Under the pieces are notes generated by a model, which saw only the letters and a list, made by a program, of their open reading frames with translations, searched no databases and had not been told where the DNA came from. DNA of 64,000 nucleotides from a virus (Duplodnaviria; Caudoviricetes), in the IMG/VR virus record IMGVR_UViG_3300021426_000086, positions 1 through 64,000 of that record. One strand, written 5' to 3'. Shown here piece after piece: positions 42,121-51,593 of the stretch. Every line of letters begins with the position of its first letter. Positions within the stretch are counted from its first letter, which is position 1. Position numbers and translations under genes: made by a program.

Positions 42121-42432
42121 TTAATAACACAATGCACAAAGTGCTTTGTTCTTAAATGCTTCATAGAATAAATGTCTGGCGATATTGCAGCCTTCAGAAT
42201 CCTTGGCATCAGGATGCTTACATAAGATGTACGACTCGTTCATACGTACACCAGCTGTAACACCAAACGACCATGGGTGGATAGAACTTCCATAATACTT
42301 ACATCTCTGGCATCTTTCGCTACCAGCTTTGCAAGGCAGTCCGCTGCCTTTGCATTTTGTGTCCCATTCAACGAAATGGAAATCAATCTCTATCTGTCCT
42401 GTCTGGTAATCAAATGTAGTTGCCATAGTCAC
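42121..42432 (-). CDS. Hypothetical Cys-rich protein
   Basis: 103 aa ORF. Confidence 0.5.
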   Translation of the reverse strand: MTMATTFDYQTGQIEIDFHFVEWDTKCKGSGLPCKAGSERCQRCKYYGSSIHPWSFGVTAGVRMNESYILCKHPDAKDSEGCNIARHLFYEAFKNKALCALCY

Positions 42433-42438
42433 TTCTCC

Positions 42439-42963
42439 TTATTTTTTCTTAAATCTATCAGAACATTGCAGTTGGATTTCGGGATTGTCGTGGATGTTGC
42501 CGATAATCTCGAAGTCGAAGATGGGGTTACTGCGCTTCTGATCGCCCCAAAGGCAACTGATGTAGGTGTCGTTTTCCCAGTCCAGACTTACCATCATCAT
42601 GCCCTCGTCGAAAGCTACGGCGGTGATGCTCTCGGCCTCCAGCTCGTCCATCAGGTCGTCGAGGTCGAACATACGGCGCATTTCCTTGGCTTCTTCTTGC
42701 GGCATCTTGGGGTTCCATGATAGGTTACTAAACGTGCGCAGTCGCAGTATGTCGCCCTCGTACACGCCATTGCCCATCTTATCCGTAAGACCAGTGTACT
42801 CGCCCACTGTATCGGGGTCAACCTGGAACTTCTCGTAATCGTCAATATCCAGCAAGTTTGTAGGTAGCATATACTGCTCGCCGCCATCATCATAAAAGTT
42901 GCCATACAGCCACTCGCCGCTGATGATACTCTTGCCTCGAAACTTAATGATTCGCTGTGCCAT
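42439..42963 (-). CDS. YopX family protein
   Basis: IKFRGK...GEWLYG, TVGEYTGLTDKMGNGVYEGDIL and C-terminal EIIGNIHDNPE. Confidence 0.85.
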   Translation of the reverse strand: MAQRIIKFRGKSIISGEWLYGNFYDDGGEQYMLPTNLLDIDDYEKFQVDPDTVGEYTGLTDKMGNGVYEGDILRLRTFSNLSWNPKMPQEEAKEMRRMFDLDDLMDELEAESITAVAFDEGMMMVSLDWENDTYISCLWGDQKRSNPIFDFEIIGNIHDNPEIQLQCSDRFKKK

Positions 42964-42965
42964 AA

Positions 42966-43388
42966 TCACTCCTCCTTATTGATTAGATTCTCCAAACAAT
43001 ACTTGATAGTTGCTTCTGCAGCGCCGAAGTGCGACGTATATGTACCGCTTGCAGGGTCGTCGCCATCATCTTCGAGAAATTTTATGTCGGTGCCGCTCGG
43101 TATTGCCACTACGCAGCCTATCCAACCATATGCCGTGCGATATACTTCTACACTCAGATTATGCTTTTGTCGCAACCACTCGCAAGCCATCTGATGAGTA
43201 GGCGCAGAATAAAACTTGCGTTCGGGGTATGTGTGATACCAATCGCAAGGCTGATAAACATTGCCAACCCTGCTGCAAAACTCCTTTTTCTTGATGTCGT
43301 AGAAAGGAACCGTAGGCCAGTCGAAACCATTCTCTTGCAGCAACTTTGCAACGTCGTAGCTTACAAAATCTTCATATCCTATTTTCAT
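42966..43388 (-). CDS. Hypothetical phage protein
   Basis: EDFVSYDVAKLLQENGF ... SAPTHQMACEWLR pattern. Confidence 0.6.
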   Translation of the reverse strand: MKIGYEDFVSYDVAKLLQENGFDWPTVPFYDIKKKEFCSRVGNVYQPCDWYHTYPERKFYSAPTHQMACEWLRQKHNLSVEVYRTAYGWIGCVVAIPSGTDIKFLEDDGDDPASGTYTSHFGAAEATIKYCLENLINKEE

Positions 43389-43406
43389 TGTTTAGCCTCC
43401 TGCTTT

Positions 43407-44240
43407 TTATCCTACTTCTATCTCGTATCTGATGCGGATGCCCCAGCGACGGGCGATGGCCTCTAAGCCTTTGCGGGTCAGTCCGTAGAATATCGTATGG
43501 CCTATCTCGCCCCATCGTTTAGCATAACCGTTACGCACAAGGTCCTCCCATTCGGGTATGCACTCGTTATAGCACGATCCGTTGCGGAAGGCTTTGTAGA
43601 GTCCGTCCTTTACCTTGTCGTGCTCGATGCCAATGCAATGTTCCATGCGCTCGTAGTGCTTCTCCTTTGGCATGAAGTCGGGTTCGCGCTCGTTCATGTC
43701 GAGCACTTGGAATGAGTGAACGTAGTCCTTTTCGGCATTGCGCTCTTCCATGTACTCCTTGACCTTCTCACGTTCATCGGGACCAAAGAACTTCATCGAG
43801 TCCATTTTGAATTGACCGCAATGTCCGTGACCGACAAGGAATCCCATTGTATGATACGACTGCGACAGATGTACGGCTGCGGGTTTCTGCGTGAGCATAC
43901 TCAGCAGGTCGAAGTCTTGATTCAGCAGCCACAACAGCATCTTCGGGTGTTCCGTTATACTCGCTGACTTTGTACTGCGGCTGTACGGATAGCGGTAGTC
44001 CACATGATACGAAAGCGCGTTGTAGTCGAAGAACATCACGGTCAGCGATTTCTCGCCGTCGCTGATGCGTGTCTGCTCGAAGTCAATTACGATGGTGTTC
44101 TTGAACATGTTACGGTCGATGTCCGTAATTGTAAAGTTACCCCAATAATCCTTGTGGCCGTAGCAGCCACTCATCTCGACGATCACTCGAAGCTCTTGGT
44201 CGGTGATGTCTCTCAGTTGTCTTTTACCTGGTGTAAACAT
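43407..44240 (-). CDS. Hypothetical protein
   Basis: 277 aa ORF. Confidence 0.55.
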   Translation of the reverse strand: MFTPGKRQLRDITDQELRVIVEMSGCYGHKDYWGNFTITDIDRNMFKNTIVIDFEQTRISDGEKSLTVMFFDYNALSYHVDYRYPYSRSTKSASITEHPKMLLWLLNQDFDLLSMLTQKPAAVHLSQSYHTMGFLVGHGHCGQFKMDSMKFFGPDEREKVKEYMEERNAEKDYVHSFQVLDMNEREPDFMPKEKHYERMEHCIGIEHDKVKDGLYKAFRNGSCYNECIPEWEDLVRNGYAKRWGEIGHTIFYGLTRKGLEAIARRWGIRIRYEIEVG

Positions 44241-44394
44241 GATTATTCCTCTTTATTGTTTTTACTGATAATCTGATGACTCTTGTCGATGATGACGGTG
44301 CCAAAGCGAACGGCACAGAGCGTGATAGTCAACCCCAGCCAGTGCCAGAAGTCGCAGAAAAAGAACTCACACAGATACTTTGCTGTCTCCATAA

Positions 44395-45084
44395 TCACTC
44401 CTCCATTTCTATTCTTATTTCTTGCTTAAAGTTGCCAGTGTTGGCCATGGGCATCAGTACAAGCTGCATACCGTCGCATACCTCAAACCAGTTCATGCCG
44501 GTTTCGCTCTCGCCAACCCACGTCATCTGCTCAAAACCCATCAGGCGCAGGGTTTCTACAACCTTCCACACGCGGCGGGCATCGAAAAAAGTGCGGTGCA
44601 TAATGAATACCGAACCCTCGGGCACCAGCATTCGGCCAGTCTTTACGGGAACATAATCCTCGCGTATGCCTGTGCCGTCGCATATCGGGCAGTCGCATTC
44701 GTGATAGTAGGTTTCGCCGTTTTCGGCGTTGTACTCAAACTCCACCTTTCCTTCGCCGAGGCACTCAGGGCAGTCCTTATCCTTGCCATCTTCTGACACC
44801 TCCTCGGGCACCAACTCCAGTTGCTTGTAGGCATCGTCGATAGCCGCAAAACTGATGGGGATGCTGATGGGTTTGTACGACTGCTGACGGGGTATCTTCA
44901 GGCTGTCGGTCTCGTACTTGCAGCGCAGCAGTTTCTTATCCACTATCAGCAGCACGTAGCCGTCGGTGGCTATCACCTTGCCATCATACACGCTATTGAT
45001 AAACGGGCGTGTCAACTGCTTACGAAAGTGCGTATCTTCCGAGCAGAACATCTGCAGGGCCTTTTTCTCGTTTTTGATTTTCAT
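44395..45084 (-). CDS. Clamp-like protein with an inserted zinc finger
   Basis: Likely start MKIKNEKK at 45084; VIATDGYVL, CPECLGEG...CPICDGTG, ends LVLMPM. Confidence 0.5.
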   Translation of the reverse strand: MKIKNEKKALQMFCSEDTHFRKQLTRPFINSVYDGKVIATDGYVLLIVDKKLLRCKYETDSLKIPRQQSYKPISIPISFAAIDDAYKQLELVPEEVSEDGKDKDCPECLGEGKVEFEYNAENGETYYHECDCPICDGTGIREDYVPVKTGRMLVPEGSVFIMHRTFFDARRVWKVVETLRLMGFEQMTWVGESETGMNWFEVCDGMQLVLMPMANTGNFKQEIRIEMEE

Positions 45085-45112
45085 ATCGCCTAATGTTTTA
45101 AATGTTTCTGAA

Positions 45113-45814
45113 TCAATGCCTGCGGCGGGCCTGTTTTTGCTGGCGGCGCTTAGCTTTTTTCTTTTTAGCGGCATTCTTGGGCTCCTGATAGTTGTAATGC
45201 TTGTGGTTATAGATGGCACCGAATTTTCCATAGGAAGATATTGGGCGTGCGCTGTCGGCCACCTCGCGCTGTTTCTGCATCTCTTCGTGTTCCTGGCGCT
45301 CCTCGGCAGTCCACGGCTTAACCACGTGGCGATGGCCGATGGCATCAATGTAGGTAATGTCGTAGCCGGTAAGATCGTACTTGTTACCCTCCTTATCGCC
45401 CACCTCGCCAAGTATCTTCAGTAGGCGCTCGCCATCGTTACGAATGGCTTCCTCGATGTGCTTTGGGCGGCCAAAGTCGGATGATGAGTCGTAGAGTGTT
45501 ACGCGGTGGTTCTCGCCATCCACACCCCAGAAACCACCACCATCGCATCGCTGGTTGTAGATTTCATCCTGCGAAAGCAGTGAGCGGTGCATATCAGTAT
45601 ATCGAGCACGGAAGCAGTAGCTGCCATGATTTTTTACGATAACATACTTGGGCTCAAGTTCGCTGCGAATAAACTCCTCCTCTTCTTCCCAGTTGGGTTT
45701 TTCGCGATGCGTAGGGTCGGCCATCAGTCCCTTTAACTTATCTTCCAGTCCATCGCCCTGATGTGCCGAAAGCATTTCTCTTAGTTGGTCGTAACTTCTG
45801 TCTTGCATAATCAC
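45113..45814 (-). CDS. Hypothetical protein
   Basis: 233 aa with a basic tail. Confidence 0.55.
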   Translation of the reverse strand: MIMQDRSYDQLREMLSAHQGDGLEDKLKGLMADPTHREKPNWEEEEEFIRSELEPKYVIVKNHGSYCFRARYTDMHRSLLSQDEIYNQRCDGGGFWGVDGENHRVTLYDSSSDFGRPKHIEEAIRNDGERLLKILGEVGDKEGNKYDLTGYDITYIDAIGHRHVVKPWTAEERQEHEEMQKQREVADSARPISSYGKFGAIYNHKHYNYQEPKNAAKKKKAKRRQQKQARRRH

Positions 45815-46173
45815 TTCTTCTTATTAAATACTCGTGCCCAGAAACCGCGACATTCCAGAGCCATTAGGCGGCGACTTAGGGTGGTTTTCTCGTCGGCCAG
45901 TTCGGTGGCTACTTTAGTCAGGCGCTCTATCTCCTTCTGAGCATCGGCCAGCACCTTATCCTTGCTAAATATTTCGAGGGTGTTACGCTCGCGCAGCATC
46001 TCGTATTCCGACTCCCAGCCCTTTGGTGCCTTGCGCCAACACTGGGTGATGTATCGCACCATGTAGCCGCGCTCGTCGGCTTTGGCTGCAATCTCCTCCA
46101 TCAACTGCTGCTTATCTTTCTGATCCTGCACCAGCTGCTCGTACTCTTCGATAGGCAATGTTACTGTTTTCAT
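45811..46173 (-). CDS. Hypothetical coiled-coil protein
   Basis: 120 aa; starts MKTVTLPIEEYEQL. Confidence 0.55.
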   Translation of the reverse strand: MKTVTLPIEEYEQLVQDQKDKQQLMEEIAAKADERGYMVRYITQCWRKAPKGWESEYEMLRERNTLEIFSKDKVLADAQKEIERLTKVATELADEKTTLSRRLMALECRGFWARVFNKKK

Positions 46174-46182
46174 ACGTTTAAT

Positions 46183-48258
46183 TCATTTATCTTTAACTCT
46201 TGGCTCTGCATTAAAGCCGTATTTATCGCACAGCTCACGTATGCGACTGTTTTTCTTTACGTGCTGTACCATTCGACTCCAGATGGAGTGCATCTCGGTC
46301 TCGCTTGGTAGTGGTCGGCGATGGTGCTGGGCGGTAAATGCCTCCATCATCTTTATCTTGTCATCAAGCGATATGGTCTTGGCATCGTACTGCTGGCGCA
46401 GGGCTATCACGCGGCTGTCGTCCTTGTGGTGCCAAACGATATACCGCCAGATGGCGTATTCTTTTTTCTCACTCGTGTTGGGGCGACGACCATGCTTAGC
46501 CGTAAACTCCTGCATTGCTTCTATCTTCTCGTCGGTGGTCAGCGTCTTGGGACCGTACTTCTGGCGCATGGCTATCACTCGTGGATCATCTTTGCCAGGG
46601 TCGAGCATATCGTGCCACACGCGATACATCTCTTTCTCGGCAGGCACGGGCTTACGACCGTAGCGGGCTGTAAACTGCAGCATGGTTTCTACGTGCTCCT
46701 CCTGAGTCATCTTGGTGGGCATGTATTTTTCGCGCATGGCTTTTACACGCGGGTCGCCTTTGTCCTCGGATGTCATCGTGCCCCAGATGGCGTACATCTC
46801 CTTTTCGCTCCACAGTGGCTTGCGATGGTGCTTGGCGGTAAACTCCTGCATCATCTGTATTTTGACCTCCTGCGACAGCACCTTGCGCCCGTATCGCTCC
46901 ACCAGGGCTTGCACCTCGGGGCGGTCGGCATACTTGCGCAGCTTTATGTAGTTCAAGCGTATCTCTCTGTCGGCCTTCTTGCCGGGGAAATGGCCGTGCT
47001 CCTCGCAGTAGGCAGTAACCTGTGCCAGGCACTCCTCGAATGATACGTAGGTGTGCAGGGCGGGTGCAAACTCTTTCATTAGTCGGTTGATGGATAGCGT
47101 ATAGTCGTGTACTTCAAATTTGCGGGGCTGGCGACCTTCAATCTCAGCCTGTGGCACCTCGATGGCGTTAAACTCGTCCTGCAGACACTTGATGGCATTG
47201 GTAGTAGTGATGTTATCCACCATATCCAGCACCAGCGGCTTCTGCGTGTTAGCAGCGGTAAGGCATCGGCCCATCTGCTGCATATAGATAATGCGGCTGG
47301 CAGTGGTGCGCAGCATCAGCACGGCGTTCACGTTGGGCACGTGTATGCCCTCGTTCAGCATGTTTACACTAAACATCAGCTGCAGTCCGTTGCCATCGTT
47401 TTGCTCAAAGCGTTCCATCTGCTCGCGCTGTTCGCGGTCGGTCAGGTTAGAGTGCATCAGGCATATTCCCTGTACCTTAAACCCAGCTTTGGTGAACCAT
47501 TCCACCACGTCGTGCTGCATCTGGTCGATACTCTCTATGCCACCACAGAACACGATTACGCGGCGTGCATCGCGGTCAAGATGTTTTTTCAGAATGGCTG
47601 GCATGCCATACGACATCTCCCAGTGCAGGCGTGCATTGCTCAGGCGGAAGATGCGGTCGCGCTTGTCATCGTCGGTCAACGTGCGATTGCGGTTGATACG
47701 ATCGGTGGCTTCGGCGATGGCTTTGTCCCAGCGGAACAATCCGCTCACGTAGCGCGGTATGGGCAGTATGTTGCGGTTCCATGCCTCGGCTATCGACATC
47801 TGACTGGCTACGTTTCCACCGAAAAGCTCGTCGGCCATATCGCGGTTGTCGTCGAGCCAGCGCACGGGTGTAGCAGTAGTGCCCAGCACCTTGGCCTGCG
47901 GATTGAGTGCCAACAGTCGGTCGATAGCTGCACCCCACTCGGGAGCACCAGCACGATGGAACTCGTCAAGGCATATCAGATCGTAATCCGTGCGTGGATT
48001 CTCGGTGTGCATCAGCAGCGCATAGGTCATATATTCTATGCCACGCTTGCGCCACTTCAGCACGTCGGCCACCTGGTCGAGCACAAACGTATTAGGCCCC
48101 AGCACCAACACCCGCTTGTAGCCCTCGCTTACGGCGGCTATCAGGTAGCTTTTGCCAGTGCCTGTTGGGTGTACCACACAGGTACGGTCGGCGCTCTTCA
48201 GTGCCTCTATTACCTTGCGGTAAGCCATTTTGTTGTGTTCTAACAGTGATGTTCGCAT
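46183..48258 (-). CDS. Superfamily 2 (DEAH) helicase with C-terminal tandem repeats
   Basis: HPTGTGKS, LDEFHRAG, TATP, MLNEGIH and QQMGR motifs; five ~56 aa repeats. Confidence 0.9.
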   Translation of the reverse strand: MRTSLLEHNKMAYRKVIEALKSADRTCVVHPTGTGKSYLIAAVSEGYKRVLVLGPNTFVLDQVADVLKWRKRGIEYMTYALLMHTENPRTDYDLICLDEFHRAGAPEWGAAIDRLLALNPQAKVLGTTATPVRWLDDNRDMADELFGGNVASQMSIAEAWNRNILPIPRYVSGLFRWDKAIAEATDRINRNRTLTDDDKRDRIFRLSNARLHWEMSYGMPAILKKHLDRDARRVIVFCGGIESIDQMQHDVVEWFTKAGFKVQGICLMHSNLTDREQREQMERFEQNDGNGLQLMFSVNMLNEGIHVPNVNAVLMLRTTASRIIYMQQMGRCLTAANTQKPLVLDMVDNITTTNAIKCLQDEFNAIEVPQAEIEGRQPRKFEVHDYTLSINRLMKEFAPALHTYVSFEECLAQVTAYCEEHGHFPGKKADREIRLNYIKLRKYADRPEVQALVERYGRKVLSQEVKIQMMQEFTAKHHRKPLWSEKEMYAIWGTMTSEDKGDPRVKAMREKYMPTKMTQEEHVETMLQFTARYGRKPVPAEKEMYRVWHDMLDPGKDDPRVIAMRQKYGPKTLTTDEKIEAMQEFTAKHGRRPNTSEKKEYAIWRYIVWHHKDDSRVIALRQQYDAKTISLDDKIKMMEAFTAQHHRRPLPSETEMHSIWSRMVQHVKKNSRIRELCDKYGFNAEPRVKDK

Positions 48259-48261
48259 CGG

Positions 48262-48483
48262 TTATTCCTCCCTTTTTTCGATGATGTCAATTTTGATGCA
48301 GCAGGGCTGCGAGTTGAACCAGCTGGCCATCAGCAGGGCTATCTCGTCCTGATGCAGGCGGTGGGTTCGCGCCATGTGCGCCACCATCTTGTCGAAGTCG
48401 GCAAACACGGCTGTCTGGTGCTCGGGCTTAAAGCCCTTCAGTCGCTTCTGTATCAGCTCTTGTAATGCTTCGTCTCTGTTCAT
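48262..48483 (-). CDS. Hypothetical protein
   Basis: Likely start MNRDEALQ after a GGAGG motif. Confidence 0.5.
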   Translation of the reverse strand: MNRDEALQELIQKRLKGFKPEHQTAVFADFDKMVAHMARTHRLHQDEIALLMASWFNSQPCCIKIDIIEKREE

Positions 48484-48487
48484 CGGC

Positions 48488-48982
48488 TCAGTCCTCCTCG
48501 TCAATATCCTGTATGGCTGCATCGGCCTGCAGGGTGATGATGCGATGGTGAATCATCGACTTGCACGTGTCGAGCAACTTGGGCCATCCGTACACGGCAT
48601 ACACGGCACCATTTACTATCAGCCCCATCTGCAGCAGCTGGAACATGGCCATTGACACGTCGTCGCGGTAGTCCTGCGTAATCTCGAATATCGAGTGGCC
48701 CGTAACGCTCTGTATGTAGCTCTCCATCAGCTCAGGCTTGCACTCGGCTATGTGGTGGCTGTGCGATGCCTGGTAGTCATCTATATACCACAGCGCCTTC
48801 TTCAGATCCTCCACCTCCTTATCCACATCGTCCTTGCCCATTTCGGGTTTCAGTCCGGCACGCCACAGGTACTTCAGCGCATTGGCCACATCGCAGGTGT
48901 AGTTGCGGATGATGCTGATGCACTCTATACCAGCGGGGTGCTGATTATAGTGCTGGGGATGATTTACGTTTTTGTTTGCCAT
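48488..48982 (-). CDS. DUF3310-family protein
   Basis: VNHPQHYNQHPAGIECI...NALKYLWRAGLK...DLKKALWYI. Confidence 0.8.
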   Translation of the reverse strand: MANKNVNHPQHYNQHPAGIECISIIRNYTCDVANALKYLWRAGLKPEMGKDDVDKEVEDLKKALWYIDDYQASHSHHIAECKPELMESYIQSVTGHSIFEITQDYRDDVSMAMFQLLQMGLIVNGAVYAVYGWPKLLDTCKSMIHHRIITLQADAAIQDIDEED

Positions 48983-49298
48983 ATTTGTATTTTGGGTTTT
49001 AAGTTTTGCTATCGTTTTGGGATGTTTGGGTTTCAGCCCCCGCTGGGGCGAGCGGCAAGCCTGCAATCACTGCTGTCAGCTGCTCAGATTGTTTAATGAA
49101 AGGAGGGACATCAACAGATGCCCTTGGTGGATATCTCTCAAAATTTCTGTGATTATTATCTTACCACTCTCCGCCAAAGGGTCGGAACCCCAGAGCGTCG
49201 AGCTCGGCCTCCAGCTTGCGGTCTATCACGCGCGGCTTCTTCGGCCTTGGCTCGGTGAGTATCATGCTTTCGTCGTCGGGAATCATACCTTATATATA

Positions 49299-49655
49299 TT
49301 ATAGCGATAAAATAAGCTCTACGGCAGCCATGATGGTTACAATCATCTTTAGCATATAGATAATCCAGTCAACCGTGGTGATGTAATCGGGATAGCCGTA
49401 GCACTCACCGTTGAACTCGATGCCCTGCAGTCGCTTCTGTTGGCGCACAAACAGCTCCAGTGCAAAGCCCTGCCACAAGTACTGCAGCACGCCCAGCATC
49501 AGCGCCACCATCGCCAACTCCAAACTCACTGCGCCGTGGCCAGTGGTTACATATACCACCAGTGCCGCCAGCGTAATCAAGTACATCAGCATGTTGCCGC
49601 TCTTGGTTCGGGCGTACAACTCCTGGTTAGCCTCGTTAATCTTAATTTTCTCCAT
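49299..49655 (-). CDS. Membrane protein
   Basis: Three hydrophobic segments. Confidence 0.55.
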   Translation of the reverse strand: MEKIKINEANQELYARTKSGNMLMYLITLAALVVYVTTGHGAVSLELAMVALMLGVLQYLWQGFALELFVRQQKRLQGIEFNGECYGYPDYITTVDWIIYMLKMIVTIMAAVELILSL

Positions 49656-49767
49656 ATCGCCTTTATATTTAGTTACCGTTAATTAAACCAAGCATCAGCA
49701 GGTATAGTCTGGTGATTGCTCTCGTCGAACTTTGGAAAGTCCTGATCCTCGTTGTGTCTGTTTGTTG

Positions 49768-50034
49768 TCATTTCTTTTTGCGTTTTTTGTTTTGTGGATG
49801 ATGGTTTGCGTATATCTTCAGCGCCGTTTTGCGATTGCTGGCCAGTATGCGCTCACCTTTTATTATAAACTCGTGTTTGTCTGTGGCGGCAGGGTTCATC
49901 CTGTGGTAGCGGTCCTTGCGCTCGTCGTCGCTCTCGCCTGCGTGCGGCTGTCGTGGTGGTGCGTATATGTCGCGCATGCCATGTCCTGCCAGCATCAGCA
50001 TCGCCGCCATTATGCCTAAACTCTTCCTTGTCAT
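49768..50034 (-). CDS. Hypothetical basic protein
   Basis: 88 aa ORF. Confidence 0.5.
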   Translation of the reverse strand: MTRKSLGIMAAMLMLAGHGMRDIYAPPRQPHAGESDDERKDRYHRMNPAATDKHEFIIKGERILASNRKTALKIYANHHPQNKKRKKK

Positions 50035-50426
50035 TCTTCTGTGGCTTTTTTGTTCTCAGTCGTTCCGTGTTCCATCGCATACTTACGCAGTGCATAAGTG
50101 CGAGCCTGCAGTCCGATGGCCTGTATCACCTTGCGCACGGCAGCTGGCTGTTTACTCTTCTTCTGCCAAATCAGCTCAAACTCGGCCCAAAGTTTCTCTG
50201 GGTCGTTGTAACCAAACTTTCTGCTGAATAGCTCCCAGTCGTTCTTCTCGTTGTAGTGATTGCCATACTTTTTGCGTTCATCGTTCAGCATCTTATGCAC
50301 ACTTTTTACAGCCTCCTTTACACCATCAATCAGGTAGTCGTGCGGAATCTCAAACATTTCGTCATTTACCTGCTGGTCGTCGTTTTCAGCCGTTGTCACG
50401 GCAGATGTTTTGTCGTTTAGTGCCAT
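50031..50426 (-). CDS. Hypothetical protein, first gene of the leftward early operon
   Basis: 131 aa ORF divergent from the repressor. Confidence 0.5.
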   Translation of the reverse strand: MALNDKTSAVTTAENDDQQVNDEMFEIPHDYLIDGVKEAVKSVHKMLNDERKKYGNHYNEKNDWELFSRKFGYNDPEKLWAEFELIWQKKSKQPAAVRKVIQAIGLQARTYALRKYAMEHGTTENKKATEE

Positions 50427-50576
50427 ATCGTTCTTATTTATATTATATTGTTTTAGGCCAATAATTTCACCCAGATATTTGTTAAATTTACACCGCTTGT
50501 CAGCCTGTTGTCATCGCGTAAATTTTAAATTACCTTAAAATTTTACATCGGTTTTTTGTTATCGGGAGAAAAGCCG

Positions 50577-50584
50577 TACCTTTG
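50577..50584 (+). promoter_or_regulatory. Candidate -7 box of the repressor promoter
   Basis: TACCTTTG with TTTG ~25 bp upstream. Confidence 0.45.
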
Positions 50585-50716
50585 CAAACGTTTCAAGTCA
50601 GGCGTAAGGTGGTGCTTTTGTCGCTCCCAAAAGGTATTCGCAGTACCTTTACGGCATTTTTCCACCCGATAGTTTAGGCCAAGTTGTATTTCGCAGCGAG
50701 TGCCGATTTTTGCCTG

Positions 50717-50752
50717 CAAATATACACATAAAAATTGTATTTGTGCTAATTC
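50717..50752 (-). promoter_or_regulatory. Leftward early promoter with TTGTGCTAATTC box
   Basis: TATATTTG at 50717-50724; same box and near-identical spacing as at 37776-37812. Confidence 0.55.
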
Positions 50753-50802
50753 ACGTAAATTATTAAGATAAATTAATACAAACGTGACTAATTTAAGCGC
50801 TT

Positions 50803-51480
50803 ATGATACGGATTAGTAAAAAAAAGAAGAAAGCAGGCATTTTGCCAAACCATCGGGTTATTGCGATGGTAGATTACATTCTCGACCATCGAGTTTACGC
50901 TGATCAGAAGCAGCTGGCAGCAGCTGCAGGTCTTACCAACACCACTATCTCGCGCATGAAGAGTGGCGCCATCAAGAATCCCACCATGAGCTCGCTGATT
51001 AAGATCAACGATGCTTGTGGTGGCATTTTCAATATGGATTATCTTCGTGGCCGTAGCAACACCATGTTGGCTGCCGAAGCTGTTACCCCTACTACCGATG
51101 CCGCCGCACCCGCACAGCCCGCCGTTATGCCCGCCAGCAATGCCGAGCTTAGCAGCTATGTCAACAGTGCCCTGGCCAGCAAGGATGAAACCATCGAGGC
51201 TCTTAAATCAAAGTTGGCTGACCTTGGTACACTGGTTGACGAACTTCGCGAACAACTGGCCGAGAAGCGTCGCGACAAAGCCGAGCTGCAGGATGAGAAT
51301 TGTCGTCTGCGCAAGGAACTATCTGATGTCAAGCTGGAGCGCGACCGCTTGCGAGCCCAGTTAGATGCCGACCCGCTACGCCACTATCCTTACCCGATAG
51401 GCGTAGCCGAGCCAGGCAGCAAGTCGCAGGTAGGCACCGGCGATGCCGCCGCAGTCCCCACCCAGAGCGACGCCTTGTAA
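50803..51480 (+). CDS. XRE/Cro-CI-type HTH repressor with a coiled coil
   Basis: QKQLAAAAGLTNTTISRMKSG HTH; divergent from the early operon and upstream of the integrase. Confidence 0.65.
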   Translation: MIRISKKKKKAGILPNHRVIAMVDYILDHRVYADQKQLAAAAGLTNTTISRMKSGAIKNPTMSSLIKINDACGGIFNMDYLRGRSNTMLAAEAVTPTTDAAAPAQPAVMPASNAELSSYVNSALASKDETIEALKSKLADLGTLVDELREQLAEKRRDKAELQDENCRLRKELSDVKLERDRLRAQLDADPLRHYPYPIGVAEPGSKSQVGTGDAAAVPTQSDAL

Positions 51481-51574
51481 CCATCCATCGCAAAAGCGCT
51501 AATTTTGTTATACCCCTGCGCTCACTCATTTCTGCGAAAACCCCATAAACACTAAGGTTTCCGCCAATTCCACC

Positions 51575-51593
51575 CGAGCCCCAAACGGATCAC
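51575..51593 (+). other. Candidate attP core resembling a tRNA 3' end
   Basis: CGAGC-CCCAA-ACGGATC-A-C has the spacing of T-loop tail, 3' T-stem, 3' acceptor strand and discriminator; ~500 bp upstream of the integrase. Confidence 0.5.

Noticed and set aside
44395-45411. 338 aa ORF as annotated in the track
   Set aside because: The first ~108 codons overlap the upstream gene in another frame; the start at 45084 has the GGCGAT-ATG context.
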